Shown here piece after piece: positions 8,549-17,701 of a DNA stretch of 32,000 bases. Location: NCBI RefSeq assembly GCF_900105015.1, contig NZ_FNLK01000006.1, positions 75,480-107,479 on the forward strand, read 5' to 3'. The DNA is from Schaalia meyeri. Its GTDB lineage: Bacteria; Actinomycetota; Actinomycetes; Actinomycetales; Actinomycetaceae. Both the position numbers and the translations under genes were made by a program. Every line of letters begins with the position of its first letter. The stretch's first letter is position 1. Under the pieces are notes generated by a model. It was given only the letters and a program-made list of their open reading frames with translations. It searched no databases and was not told the origin of the DNA.

Positions 8549-8727
8549 GTCTTTTGCGCGCTGGTTTCCCGTGCCCTGAACGCCGCCGCGTTACCCGCTA
8601 CTGACCGTCTCCCGTTTTCTTTGTTTGTTCTTTACGATCTGTCCATGGAAAAGGCGCTTATCCGGTAAGATGGGGGTGGTGCCCCGCCGGAGGAGGCTCG
8701 GGCGTAACTCTCAGAAGGAGTGCACAC

Positions 8728-8892
8728 ATGGCAGCAATGAAACCTCGCACGGGGGATGGGCCCCTGGAAGTCAGCGCGGAAGGCCGCGACGTCGTCGTGC
8801 GGATCCCCACCGAGGGGGGCGGTCGTCTCGTCATCGAGATGAGCACGGAGGAAGCGGCCGAACTCGCCGACGCGCTCGGTGAGGTCATCTGA
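8728..8892 (+). CDS. DUF3117 domain-containing small protein (54 aa)
   Basis: This gene is not in the ORF track (under 60 aa). RBS GAAGGAG lies 7 nt upstream of ATG 8728. The translation is MAAMKPRTGDGPLEVSAEGRDVVVRIPTEGGGRLVIEMSTEEAAELADALGEVI. It matches the highly conserved actinobacterial MAAMKPRTGDGPLE... small-protein family. Third-position G/C bias is strong. Confidence 0.8.
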   Translation: MAAMKPRTGDGPLEVSAEGRDVVVRIPTEGGGRLVIEMSTEEAAELADALGEVI

Positions 8893-8905
8893 ATCCATAA
8901 GCGCG

Positions 8906-8940
8906 AGCGGTGGGATCGGGAATGAACCCGTCCCACCGCT
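8906..8940. terminator. Bidirectional terminator hairpin between DUF3117 (+) and the O-methyltransferase (-)
   Basis: A 10-bp stem AGCGGTGGGA (8906-8915) / TCCCACCGCT (8931-8940) with an inner CGGG...CCCG pairing. It is followed by TT on the + strand. It sits between two convergent stop codons (8892 and 8965). Confidence 0.6.
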
Positions 8941-8964
8941 TTGCCGTATCCGCAAGGTAGCGGT

Positions 8965-9594
8965 TCAGCGCTTGACGGCAACCGCCAGCCCGTCTCCGAC
9001 GGGCAGGAGTGTCGCCGCGAACTCATCGCAGTCGCGCAGGTAGTTCACAACCTCGCGTGCGACGACGGTGCGAGCGTCGCGCCGGGCGGGGTCGGCGACC
9101 TGGTCGTGCCACAGGGCATGCACGAAGGCGATGGTGCCGCCCGGACGCAGGATGCGCACCGCATGGTCGAGGTACTGGGGGGTTTCATCCAAGTCACCGT
9201 CCAAGACAACCATGTCGTAGCCGCGCGCGGCCATGCGTGGCAGCACGTCCAGTGCGCGCCCGGCGATGAGGCGCGTACGGTGAGAGGAGACGTCGGCGGC
9301 GGCGAAGTTGCGACGAGCGTGCCCCAGCAGCTCGGATTCCACGTCGATCGTCGTCAAGACGCCGTCGGAGGCCATTCCGTCCAGGAGCCACAGCCCGGAA
9401 ACGCCGACGCCCGTTCCCACCTCAAGGACGGCGCGCGCGCCGGACACGGCGGCGAGCATGCGCAGTGCGGCGCCGGTTCCAGGAGACACGGGGGCGGCCC
9501 CCAGCTCGGATGCGACGGCCCGCGCGGCGGTCAGCGCGTCGCTCTCCGCCGCGTAATCCTCGGTGTACACCCACGTCTGGGCTTTGTCGGCCAT
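8965..9594 (-). CDS. Class I SAM-dependent O-methyltransferase (caffeoyl-CoA OMT-like, 209 aa)
   Basis: Translation from ATG 9594 begins MADKAQTWVYTEDY. It has SAM-binding motif I VLEVGTGVGVSGLWL, then DMVVLDGD and LRPGGTIAF. The track ORF extends to 9969, but that upstream part is Arg/Pro-rich with no coding character. Confidence 0.85.
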   Translation of the reverse strand: MADKAQTWVYTEDYAAESDALTAARAVASELGAAPVSPGTGAALRMLAAVSGARAVLEVGTGVGVSGLWLLDGMASDGVLTTIDVESELLGHARRNFAAADVSSHRTRLIAGRALDVLPRMAARGYDMVVLDGDLDETPQYLDHAVRILRPGGTIAFVHALWHDQVADPARRDARTVVAREVVNYLRDCDEFAATLLPVGDGLAVAVKR

Positions 9595-9787
9595 CGCCTG
9601 ATCCTCACGTCGTTCCGTATGCTCGGCGAGGCGCATACGCGCCCGCGCCTCCCCACGCACCAGGGTACAGGCGAGGCGCTGGGAGGTCGTGATGGCGCTC
9701 CGGCACGTGAAGAAAAGCAGGGGTCCCGGCCCGCATCGAAAGCGTGTCCTCGCCGATCGGGACGAGGCCACTGAGCGGACGTGAGCG

Positions 9788-10918
9788 TCAACGCTGGATG
9801 GGGGAGACCCCCAGCGGGCGGCCGGCGAGGCCGCGGTTCGTTGAGGCCAGCTTCTTGCCCAGGGCGGCGAGTACCTCGGCGGCGGGGCCGGACTCGACGG
9901 ACACGGGCGTACCCCGGTCGCCGCCTTCGCGCAGCGCGATGTCGAGCGGGACCTGCGCGAGGAGGGCAACCCTGTAGCCCAGCTGGGCGCTCAGTCGCTC
10001 GGAAACGGACTGGCCGCCCCCGGAGCCGAAGAGCTCCAGGCGGGAACCGTCGGGCTGGGGCAGGAAGGACATGTTTTCGACGACGCCGATGACCTTCTGG
10101 TTCGTCTGGGAGGCGATCGATCCGGCGCGCTCGGCGACCTCCGCGGCAGCGACCTGCGGGGTCGTGACGACCAGGATCTCGGAGGTGGGAAGCAGCTGCG
10201 CGATCGAGATCGCGACGTCTCCCGTGCCGGGAGGCATGTCGATGAGCAGGACGTCCAGGTCGCCCCAGAACACGTCCGCCAGGAACTGCTGGAGGGCACG
10301 GTGGAGCATGGGGCCGCGCCAGATGACGGCCTGGCCGTCGGGAACGAACATGCCGATGGAGATGACCTTGACGCCGCCGGCGCCAATCGGTGGGATCATC
10401 ATCCCGTCGATGACCTGCGGGTCGCGGTCCACGCCGAGCATGCGGGGGATCGAAAAACCGTAGATGTCCGCGTCCATGACGCCGACCTTGAGCCCCCGGG
10501 AGGCCAACGCGGCGGCCAGGTTTGCGGTCACGGAAGACTTGCCCACGCCGCCCTTTCCGGAGGTAACGGCGATGACGCGAGTGAGGGAGTCGGGGCGTGA
10601 GAAGGGAATCTCGCGCTCGGGGCGTCCGCCGTTGAGTTTCTCGCGCAGAGCCTTCTTCTGCTCGTCGTTCATGACGCCCATCTCGACGGCGACCTTCTGG
10701 ACTCCCTCAATGGCTCCGACGCGTTCGGTGACGTCCTGTGAGATGGTCGTGCGCAGGGGACAACCGGTGGTCGTGAGCAAAACAGTGACGGTGACGGAAG
10801 AACCGTCAATCGCAACCAGATCGGGGGTCACCATGTTGAGGTCGGTGATAGGACGACGGATCTCGGGGTCAATGACCTGGCCGAGAGCGTCCATGACGGA
10901 ATCAAGCGTGACTGGCAT
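9788..10918 (-). CDS. mrp: Mrp/ApbC family Fe-S cluster carrier ATPase (DUF59 + ParA-like P-loop)
   Basis: The N-terminal DUF59 region is VIDPEIRRPITDLNMV...TTTGCPL. It has the deviant Walker A VTSGKGGVGKSSV and then DMPPGTGD. The start is taken at MPVTLDS (10918). The alternative ATG 10948 would overlap the upstream gene. Confidence 0.9.
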   Translation of the reverse strand: MPVTLDSVMDALGQVIDPEIRRPITDLNMVTPDLVAIDGSSVTVTVLLTTTGCPLRTTISQDVTERVGAIEGVQKVAVEMGVMNDEQKKALREKLNGGRPEREIPFSRPDSLTRVIAVTSGKGGVGKSSVTANLAAALASRGLKVGVMDADIYGFSIPRMLGVDRDPQVIDGMMIPPIGAGGVKVISIGMFVPDGQAVIWRGPMLHRALQQFLADVFWGDLDVLLIDMPPGTGDVAISIAQLLPTSEILVVTTPQVAAAEVAERAGSIASQTNQKVIGVVENMSFLPQPDGSRLELFGSGGGQSVSERLSAQLGYRVALLAQVPLDIALREGGDRGTPVSVESGPAAEVLAALGKKLASTNRGLAGRPLGVSPIQR

Positions 10919-10928
10919 GCCCTCTACT

Positions 10929-11522
10929 CTACTGGCCGGGATACCCATCTTCTAGGGGGCGTTGCCCGGCGGCGCCCGCATCGTCCGCGCCCCCAGGTTC
11001 CACGGTGTCCTTCTCGTCGGGCGAGGCGGCGGCCGCATCCGCCGCCAGCTCGGCGCGCAGCTCGTCGAGCATGTCGCGCAGCTCGGAGCGCACGAAGTCG
11101 CGCGTGGCCGTGTCCTGGAGTGCCAGGCGCAGGCCGGCGATCTCGCGGGTGAGATACTCGGTGTCGGCGAGGTTGCGTTCGGCGCGCAGACGGTCCTGCT
11201 CGGCCTGGACACGATCGCGGGCGTCCTGGCGGTTCTGCGCGAGCATGATGAGGGGGGCCGAATACGAGGCCTGGGTGGAGAACGCGAGGTTCAGGAGGAT
11301 GAAGGGATAGGGGTCCCACGCTGCTGTGGCGCTAATTCCCGCGAGAACCAGGTTCGCACCGATCCATGCGACGACAAAGACGGTCATGTAGAGCACGAAC
11401 TTGGGGGATCCCATGAAGCGCGCGGTGGCCTCCGCGAAGCGACCGAAGCCGTCGCCGCTCCCGCTGGAGCGGCGGAAGAACGAGCGGCGCTTTTCGAGCG
11501 GGTTATCCAAGCGATCAGCCAT
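10929..11522 (-). CDS. DUF1003 domain-containing membrane protein (197 aa)
   Basis: It has two TM helices and the conserved DPYPFILLNLAFSTQASYSAPLIMLAQNRQ block. A C-terminal coiled-coil-like region follows. Its ATG overlaps the stop of the upstream MgtE-like gene (ATGGCTGA). Confidence 0.85.
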   Translation of the reverse strand: MADRLDNPLEKRRSFFRRSSGSGDGFGRFAEATARFMGSPKFVLYMTVFVVAWIGANLVLAGISATAAWDPYPFILLNLAFSTQASYSAPLIMLAQNRQDARDRVQAEQDRLRAERNLADTEYLTREIAGLRLALQDTATRDFVRSELRDMLDELRAELAADAAAASPDEKDTVEPGGADDAGAAGQRPLEDGYPGQ

Positions 11523-12819
11523 CGATGCTCCTTGCCATCATGCGGTCGGTGACGTCGTCGTCGAAGTCGCGCCAGTCGTCGGGCAGCAGCTCGTCCAGGA
11601 CGTCGTCGACCGAAACGGCGCCGTGGAGGTGCCCGTCCTCGTCGACCACCGGCAGGACCGTCAGGTTGTAGGTGGCCAGCAGTCGCGTAACGGTGGCGAT
11701 GTGCGCGTTGGGTTCCACCGACTCGATGCTGCGGTCCAGGATGGTGCCGAGCAGCGTCTGCGGGGGTTCCCTCAGGGCGCGCTGGATGTGCACCATGCCC
11801 AGGTACTGCCCTGTCGGCGTCTCCTGAGGTGGACGGGCGATGAATGCGACGGTGGCGATGGAGGCGGGAATGTCCTCGCGTCGCACCGCCGCAAGCATCT
11901 GCGCGACGGTCGCGTTGGGGCCGAAGACGACGGGCTCCGTGGTCATGAGAGAACCGGCTGTGGACTCGTCGTAGGTCATGAGGCGTCGAACGTCCTCGGC
12001 CTCCTCGGGCTCCATGAGCGCGAGGAGCGATTGTGCTTGGGCGTCGGGCAGCTCGGCCACCAGGTCGGCGGCGTCGTCGGGCTGCATGACGTCAAGGACG
12101 TCGGCGGCGCGTGCCGCTTCGAGGCCGGAGACGATGGCAACGCGGTCGTCATCGCCCAGCTCCTCGAGCACGTCTGCCAGGCGCGCGTCGGTGAGCTGCA
12201 TGGCGACCGCCATCTTTCGGTCCTGAGGGAGATTATGCATGAAGTCCGCCAGGTCGGCGGGTCGCATGTCCTCCGTGTGCTGCAGGAGCGCGGTGGCCGC
12301 CTGGTTCGAGTCCGTTTTAAGCAGCCCCGACACATCGGAGACATCCACCGTCAGGGTTTCGCCGCTGCGCGTGAACCCAAGGGACGATGTGCGTACGCGC
12401 TGGACGTGCAGGGTGGAGATAACCCAGTCCTTCGGGCGGCGCTGGCGCATCGCGACGTCGAGGATGCGCACCTGACCGGAGCCGTCATTCATGGTGACAA
12501 CGCGGTCGAAAAGCTCGGAGAGCACCAGGGTTTCGATGGGGCGCAGCGTGAAGGAACGAATGTTGAGCAAGCCCGTCGTGATGACCGATCCCGACTCGAT
12601 GGCGGTCACGCGGGTGAGCGGCAGGAAGACGCGTTTACGCGGGCCGACCTCGACGACGAAGCCGATCACGTTGGCGGCGGATTTCAGCCGAAAGATGACA
12701 ACGACATCGTGAATCTTGCCGACCTGGTCGCCCAAAGGGTCGAAAACACCGGTGCCAGCGAGCTTTCCGATGTAGACGCGACGACCCTTGGTGCCTAGTT
12801 CAATAGATGCGATGCCCAC
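11515..12819 (-). CDS. Soluble MgtE-N / tandem CBS domain protein with an N-terminal PRC-barrel-like region (434 aa, no transporter TM domain)
   Basis: GTG start at 12819. The middle has the MgtE_N acidic helical repeat (ADVLEELGDDDRVAIVSGL...AADLVAELPDAQAQSLLALMEPEEAEDVRRLM). Two CBS motifs follow (TTEPVVFGPNATV..., LTVLPVVDEDGHLHGAVSVDDVLDELLP). The ORF ends without any membrane domain. Confidence 0.85.
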   Translation of the reverse strand: MGIASIELGTKGRRVYIGKLAGTGVFDPLGDQVGKIHDVVVIFRLKSAANVIGFVVEVGPRKRVFLPLTRVTAIESGSVITTGLLNIRSFTLRPIETLVLSELFDRVVTMNDGSGQVRILDVAMRQRRPKDWVISTLHVQRVRTSSLGFTRSGETLTVDVSDVSGLLKTDSNQAATALLQHTEDMRPADLADFMHNLPQDRKMAVAMQLTDARLADVLEELGDDDRVAIVSGLEAARAADVLDVMQPDDAADLVAELPDAQAQSLLALMEPEEAEDVRRLMTYDESTAGSLMTTEPVVFGPNATVAQMLAAVRREDIPASIATVAFIARPPQETPTGQYLGMVHIQRALREPPQTLLGTILDRSIESVEPNAHIATVTRLLATYNLTVLPVVDEDGHLHGAVSVDDVLDELLPDDWRDFDDDVTDRMMARSIDG

Positions 12820-12920
12820 TTAATCATCTTAGGCTGTGGACTAAGGAAGCGTAACAGCGAGCTGGGTGCGGGGTGGACAATGCGTTCCATGCCACCGAGA
12901 CCGCGACGTAAGGAGACGGA

Positions 12921-13607
12921 ATGCCCACTGCGATGGAACCTCTCATGCCCACCGGCACGGAGGTTGCCTCCTACCAGACCTACGCGCAGGCGCGCGCCGG
13001 GGTCGATTACCTGTCCGACAACGGCTTCGACGTCTCGTCGATCACGATCGTGGGGACGGACCTGCACCTGGTGGAACGAGTCAGGGGGCGCCTCACGATC
13101 GCCCGCGCCTCGATATCCGGGGCGTCCAGCGGCGCGCTGTGGGGGGCGCTGGCCGGCATGCTCATGTCCGCCGGCCAGAACGTGGGCGGCACGGGAACGT
13201 GGGTCGCGGGCGGGATCATCGTCGGCGCGCTTATCGGCATGGCGCTGTCTGCCCTGGCTTTCATCATTCGCGGGCGCGGCCGCGATCTGGTGTCCTCCCA
13301 GCAGGTCGTTGCTCTGCGCTATGCGGTTCTGGCGTCAGCCGACATCGACCGCGCCTACGCCCTCCTGCAACGCACGCCCGGCAACCGGGCGCGCGTCGTG
13401 CGTCCGCGCCAGGAAGAGAAGCGCTCGCAGGCCAACTCCGTTGGCTTCTTCCCGGACGGACGCCCCCGGTTCGGGGCGGCCACGAAAGACGGCGACGTCC
13501 CGGGGGGACAGGGCGCGCCCGACTCTCGCGAGGACGCCCCTTCCTCGCCCCCCGAGGGGGCCAGACCGAGGCATGAGGTGCGACCGGGCGCACCTCAGCG
13601 CGACTGA
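12921..13607 (+). CDS. YflT/general-stress-like membrane protein with a glycine-zipper TM region (228 aa)
   Basis: RBS TAAGGAGA is upstream of ATG 12921. The N-terminal VASYQTYAQARAGVDYLSDNGFDVSSITIVGTDL resembles the YflT-type stress-protein domain. Two Gly-rich TM segments follow (GALWGALAGMLM, GGIIVGALIGMALSALAFII). The C-terminal tail is charged and disordered. The functional call is tentative. Confidence 0.7.
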   Translation: MPTAMEPLMPTGTEVASYQTYAQARAGVDYLSDNGFDVSSITIVGTDLHLVERVRGRLTIARASISGASSGALWGALAGMLMSAGQNVGGTGTWVAGGIIVGALIGMALSALAFIIRGRGRDLVSSQQVVALRYAVLASADIDRAYALLQRTPGNRARVVRPRQEEKRSQANSVGFFPDGRPRFGAATKDGDVPGGQGAPDSREDAPSSPPEGARPRHEVRPGAPQRD

Positions 13608-15103
13608 ATGGTCGCGATCCATTCCTCGACGCCCGCGATCGTGCGCGGGATGTCCTCCGAGATGCGGCGCACCGACCCGTTTGCCTCCACGACCACGTCG
13701 TCCTCGATGCGCACGCCGATGCCCCGGTACTCCTCGGGGATCAGCAGGTCGTCGGCGCGAAAATACAGCCCCGGCTCGATCGTGAACACCATGCCGGGCT
13801 CCAGCAGGGCGCCCTGGTAGAGCTCGGAACGGGCGCGCGCGCAGTCGTGCACGTCCAGGCCCAGGTGGTGGCTGGTGCCGTGCGGCATCCAGCGGCGGTG
13901 CTGCTGGCCGGTGGGACTGAGGGACTCGGCGGCCGACACGGGCAGGATGCCCCACTCTTCCAGGCGAGCCGCGATCACCTCCATGGCGGCGTCGTGCACG
14001 TCCTTGAAGCGCACGCCCGGCTGATTCGCGCGGGCCAGGGCGGCCTCGGCGGCGTCCAGCACACCCTGGTAGACGCGGGCCTGCACCCGCGTGAAACGCC
14101 CATTCACGGGCAGCGTACGCGTGATGTCGGCGGTGTATAAAGAGTCGACCTCGACGCCAGCGTCCACGAGCACCAGGTCACCCTCGCGCACCGCGCCGTC
14201 GTTGTCAATCCAGTGCAGCGTGTTCGCGTGATTGCCGGACGCGGCGATCGTGTCGTAGCCCAGGCCATTTCCCTCTTCGCGGGCGTTCGCGGCGAACGCT
14301 CCCTCGATGACGCGTTCGCCCCTGCGGTGCCCGACGGCGCGCGGCAATACGCGGATGATGTCCTCGAAACCGGCCTTGGTGACCTCGACCGCTCGGGTCA
14401 TCTCCTCGATCTCGAAGCGATCCTTGGTCAGGCGGATTTCGGAGAGGCGCTCCTCGAAACGTTCGTCTTCTTCCCGCGCGTCGTCCCTGGAGGGCAGGCC
14501 CGACTGGATGCGGATCTCGTTAACCATGTTTTCGATCGCGGAATCGACGTTGCGCACGATCCGCAGGTTCACCTGACCCGCATCCTTTGCCAGCGCGTCG
14601 CGCAGCGTGTCGATGTGTCGGGTTTCCAGTCCCGTGGCGGCGGACACCTCCTCCAGCGAGGGGCGTGCGCCCACCCAGAACTCGCCGTAACGGGGGTTCG
14701 CGTAGAACTCCTTGGACGAACGTGAGGCGCGAGGTTTGAAGAACAGCAGGGGAGTATGGGTGCCGTCCTCGTTCGGTTCCAGGACCACCACCGCATCCGG
14801 CTCTTTCTCACCGCCCAGGCCCGACAGGTGTGCGAAAGCGGAGTGGGCGCGGAAACGGTAGTCGCAGTCGTTGGAACGGACCTTGTAGGGGCCGGCGGGC
14901 ACCACCAGGCGTTCGCCCGGGAAGGGGGCGCCAGCCGCGATCGCGCGTGCGGGGAGAAAGTCAGCAACGCGCTCGCGGGGCGGCAGCTCCGTGGGGCGCG
15001 GCCCCCACCCGGTGCCGATGAAATCACGGAAAGCTGAGGACTGGGGCTGACGCGACCGGCTTTCGCCGCGCTCGGCCATGGACGGGGAAGCTTCTTCACT
15101 CAT
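13595..15103 (-). CDS. Aminopeptidase P family (M24B Xaa-Pro aminopeptidase, ~502 aa)
   Basis: AMP_N-like N-terminal domain followed by the M24 pita-bread metal-ligand blocks (LVLVDAGVEVDSLYTADITRT, HGTSHHLGLDVHD, FTIEPGLY, GIGVRIEDDV). The start is chosen at ATG 15103 (MSEEAS). ATG 15112 and ATG 15078 are alternatives. Confidence 0.88.
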   Translation of the reverse strand: MSEEASPSMAERGESRSRQPQSSAFRDFIGTGWGPRPTELPPRERVADFLPARAIAAGAPFPGERLVVPAGPYKVRSNDCDYRFRAHSAFAHLSGLGGEKEPDAVVVLEPNEDGTHTPLLFFKPRASRSSKEFYANPRYGEFWVGARPSLEEVSAATGLETRHIDTLRDALAKDAGQVNLRIVRNVDSAIENMVNEIRIQSGLPSRDDAREEDERFEERLSEIRLTKDRFEIEEMTRAVEVTKAGFEDIIRVLPRAVGHRRGERVIEGAFAANAREEGNGLGYDTIAASGNHANTLHWIDNDGAVREGDLVLVDAGVEVDSLYTADITRTLPVNGRFTRVQARVYQGVLDAAEAALARANQPGVRFKDVHDAAMEVIAARLEEWGILPVSAAESLSPTGQQHRRWMPHGTSHHLGLDVHDCARARSELYQGALLEPGMVFTIEPGLYFRADDLLIPEEYRGIGVRIEDDVVVEANGSVRRISEDIPRTIAGVEEWIATIQSR

Positions 15104-15116
15104 GGCTCCCATTCTA
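15104..15116 (-). promoter_or_regulatory. Possible -10 element giving a leaderless aminopeptidase transcript
   Basis: On the minus strand, TAGAAT (15116-15111) is followed by 7 nt (GGGAGCC) and then ATG 15103. This geometry is typical of actinobacterial leaderless mRNAs. No convincing -35 element is present. Confidence 0.3.
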
Positions 15117-15159
15117 CGGCGGCAGGGCGGACGTGGGGACGCCGATGAGCACACGAAAA

Positions 15160-15205
15160 CCCGGCCTCGTCCCACGGCTCACAATGCGCGCGGGACGAGG
15201 CCGGG
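15160..15205 (-). terminator. Intrinsic terminator downstream of ansA
   Basis: Perfect 14-bp stem CCCGGCCTCGTCCC (15160-15173) / GGGACGAGGCCGGG (15192-15205). On the minus strand it begins 15 nt after the ansA stop. It is followed by GTTTTCGTGTG. Confidence 0.6.
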
Positions 15206-15219
15206 GCGGGCGGAGCGGC

Positions 15220-16218
15220 TCAGCCCTGGAGGGTGAGTTCGCCCGCGATCGACAGGTCCATCCACCGTCTGAAATCCTCGCCCCGCTTGCCCTGGGACAG
15301 CAGGAACACGGTCTTTGCGTACAGGGCCTCAAGCGTCATGTCGTGCGCGCCGATCGCGCCCAGCTTGGCCAGGGCATCGCCGGCCTCGTAATGGCCCAGC
15401 ATGACCTCGGCCTGGTAGCACTGGGAGGCGACGATGATCGGCACCCCCGCCTCCGCCAGCTGGGCCAACACGTCGACGAAGCCCGGTTCGTCGGCGGGAA
15501 TGTTGCCCACGCCGAAGGTGCGCAGGATGAGCGCGTCGGGGGGCGGGGTGATCGACGCGCGCAGCCGGGCGGCGGTCATGCCCGGTACCACGTCGATGAC
15601 GGCCACGTCTTGGCGCGTGTAGGCGCCAGGCGCCTGCCACCCGGTGCCCGGGCTGGGGGCGCCGTACCAGCGCCAGGGGGCACCCGTGCGCGCCATGGGG
15701 GACACGGAGGGTGACTCGAAGCCGCGGAACGCCCACGACGAGGTCTTGGTGGCGCGGTTGCCCGCCAGGAGCTTGTGCCCAAAGAACAGCATGACGCCTC
15801 TGGCGTGGCGAGAGATTGCGGCGCGCAGGGCGCCCGTGACGTTCGCGGAGGCATCCGAACCGACGACCCCCAGGGGATACTGCGACCCGGTGACGACGAC
15901 GGGCTTGCCCAGGTTTGCCAACGCGAAGGACAAGGCGGCGGACGTATAGGCCATCGTGTCCGTGCCGTGAAGGACCAGGAAGGCGTCGGCCTCCTCGGCG
16001 TGCGCGTTGATGTCGTCGATGATGGCCTGCCAGTCCTCGGGTGTGGCCTGAGAGGAGTCGATCAGGGGATCCAGCGTGGACATCGAAATGTTCGATGCTA
16101 GCTCGATGCCCTCCAGCTGGGAACCAAACCACCCCTGCAGGTCGGCGCCGGGGCGCAGGCCCTCGGGGGAGTCGACCATGCCGATCGTTCCGCCGGCGTA
16201 GGTAACGTGAAGACGCAC
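15220..16218 (-). CDS. ansA: L-asparaginase, type I (332 aa)
   Basis: GTG start at 16218 preceded by AAGGA. The catalytic motifs are YAGGTIGM (TGGTIG-type threonine loop) and VLHGTDTMAYTSAALSF. It lies 22 nt downstream of an amino-acid permease gene. Confidence 0.9.
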   Translation of the reverse strand: MRLHVTYAGGTIGMVDSPEGLRPGADLQGWFGSQLEGIELASNISMSTLDPLIDSSQATPEDWQAIIDDINAHAEEADAFLVLHGTDTMAYTSAALSFALANLGKPVVVTGSQYPLGVVGSDASANVTGALRAAISRHARGVMLFFGHKLLAGNRATKTSSWAFRGFESPSVSPMARTGAPWRWYGAPSPGTGWQAPGAYTRQDVAVIDVVPGMTAARLRASITPPPDALILRTFGVGNIPADEPGFVDVLAQLAEAGVPIIVASQCYQAEVMLGHYEAGDALAKLGAIGAHDMTLEALYAKTVFLLSQGKRGEDFRRWMDLSIAGELTLQG

Positions 16219-16240
16219 GGTTTTTCCTTTCCGGGTGCCG

Positions 16241-17701
16241 TCAGTCGCCCGAGACCAGGGTTTCTTCGCCCTGCAGGGAGGCGGCCGCCTCGTCGGTCAG
16301 GCTGCCGACGCGGCCTCGCACGAAGTACCAGCCGACGACCATGAGGATGACGACGACGCCGAAGAGCGCCAGGGTCCAGCGGCCCGACTCGGAGGTGACG
16401 TTCGAGCCGACGACCACGGTGAAGAACAGCAGCGCCAGGTAGTTCGTGTAGGGGGCTCCGGGCATACGGAACTCGGGGCGCTCGTCCTCGCCACGCTTGA
16501 CCTTACGCATGAAGGCCAGGTGCGAGATGAGGATCATAGCCCAGGTGCCGGCGATGCCGATGCCCGCCAGATCCATGACGATGTTGAACGCTTTCTCCGG
16601 CACGAAAGCGTTGATGAGGACGCCCAGCAACCCCAGGGACGCGGTGACGACGATGCCGCCGTAGGGAACGTGGTGCTTGTTGAGGCGGGCGGCGAAGCGC
16701 GGCCCCTCGCCGACGAGCGCCATGGAGCGCAGCGTGCGCCCGGTGGCGTATAGGCCCGCGTTGAGGGAGGACAGGGCGGCGGTCAGGACGACTACCTGCA
16801 TGATGTCGCCCGCGTGGGGCACCCCCAGGCCAGAGAAGAAGGTCGTGAACGGAGACTCGCTGGAGGAGTACGCGTTGTAGGGCAGGGCGAGGGCAAAGAG
16901 GACGACCGAGCCGACGTAGAAGAAGAAAATGCGGATGACCATCGAGTTGACGGCCTTGGGCAGGATCTTCGCGGCGTCCTTTGCTTCGCCGGCGGCGACG
17001 CCGACCATCTCGGTGCCGCCGAAGGCGAAGACGACGCCGAGGGTGAGCGCGAAGACGGGGCTCAGGCCCTCGGGGAACCAGCCGCCGGATTTGGAAATGT
17101 TGTGCACTCCGGCGGTGTATTCGGAGATCGGCGCCTGGGTAATGATCGCCCAGATGGCGACGGCCATGAAGATGAGGATGGTCGCGACCTTGATCATGGC
17201 GAACCAGAACTCGGCCTCGCCGAAGGCCTTGACGGACATCATGTTGAGGACGAACACGAGCGCCAGCGCGATCAGCGCGATGACCCACTGTGGGACGCTC
17301 TGGAACATCTTCCAGTAGTGCATGTAGAGCGCGACGGCGGTGATATCGGCCATGACGGTGACGGCCCAGTCCAGGAAGAAGAACCAGCCGGTGACGAAGG
17401 CGCCCTTCTCACCCAGGAACTCGCGAGCGTAGGACACGAAGGCGCCGGAAGAGGGGCGCCGAACGGCGAGCTCGCCCAGGGCTCGGACCATGAGGAAAGC
17501 GAAAAAGCCGCACACCGCGTAGGCGAAGGCCAGGGCGGGGCCACCCTGCGCCAGGCGGCCGCCGGCTCCCAGGAAGAGGCCGGTGCCGATAGAGCCGCCG
17601 ATGGCGATCATCTGGATGTGTCGGTTTTGCAGGGCCTTGTTATATCCGGCGTCTCCCGCGTCCGTCGCAGCGAGTTTCCGGTCGTGCTCGTTGTGTGACA
17701 C
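16241..17701 (-). CDS. ansP: APC-superfamily amino acid permease (asparagine permease-like, ~486 aa)
   Basis: It has the AA_permease signature NRHIQMIAIGGSIGTGLFLGAG and about 12 hydrophobic segments. GTG 17701 is preceded by GGAG at 7-nt spacing. The track ORF to 17845 is an upstream extension. The symbol is inferred from pairing with ansA. Confidence 0.88.
   Translation of the reverse strand: MSHNEHDRKLAATDAGDAGYNKALQNRHIQMIAIGGSIGTGLFLGAGGRLAQGGPALAFAYAVCGFFAFLMVRALGELAVRRPSSGAFVSYAREFLGEKGAFVTGWFFFLDWAVTVMADITAVALYMHYWKMFQSVPQWVIALIALALVFVLNMMSVKAFGEAEFWFAMIKVATILIFMAVAIWAIITQAPISEYTAGVHNISKSGGWFPEGLSPVFALTLGVVFAFGGTEMVGVAAGEAKDAAKILPKAVNSMVIRIFFFYVGSVVLFALALPYNAYSSSESPFTTFFSGLGVPHAGDIMQVVVLTAALSSLNAGLYATGRTLRSMALVGEGPRFAARLNKHHVPYGGIVVTASLGLLGVLINAFVPEKAFNIVMDLAGIGIAGTWAMILISHLAFMRKVKRGEDERPEFRMPGAPYTNYLALLFFTVVVGSNVTSESGRWTLALFGVVVILMVVGWYFVRGRVGSLTDEAAASLQGEETLVSGD

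Noticed and set aside
11401-12798. 465-aa plus-strand ORF opposite the MgtE-N/CBS gene
   Set aside because: It is a shadow frame of a gene with clear MgtE_N and CBS motifs, and it has no domain of its own.
16503-17288. 261-aa alternative-frame ORF within the amino acid permease gene
   Set aside because: It shares the strand with ansP but is out of frame. It is Arg/His/Pro-rich, whereas the ansP frame gives a canonical 12-TM APC permease.
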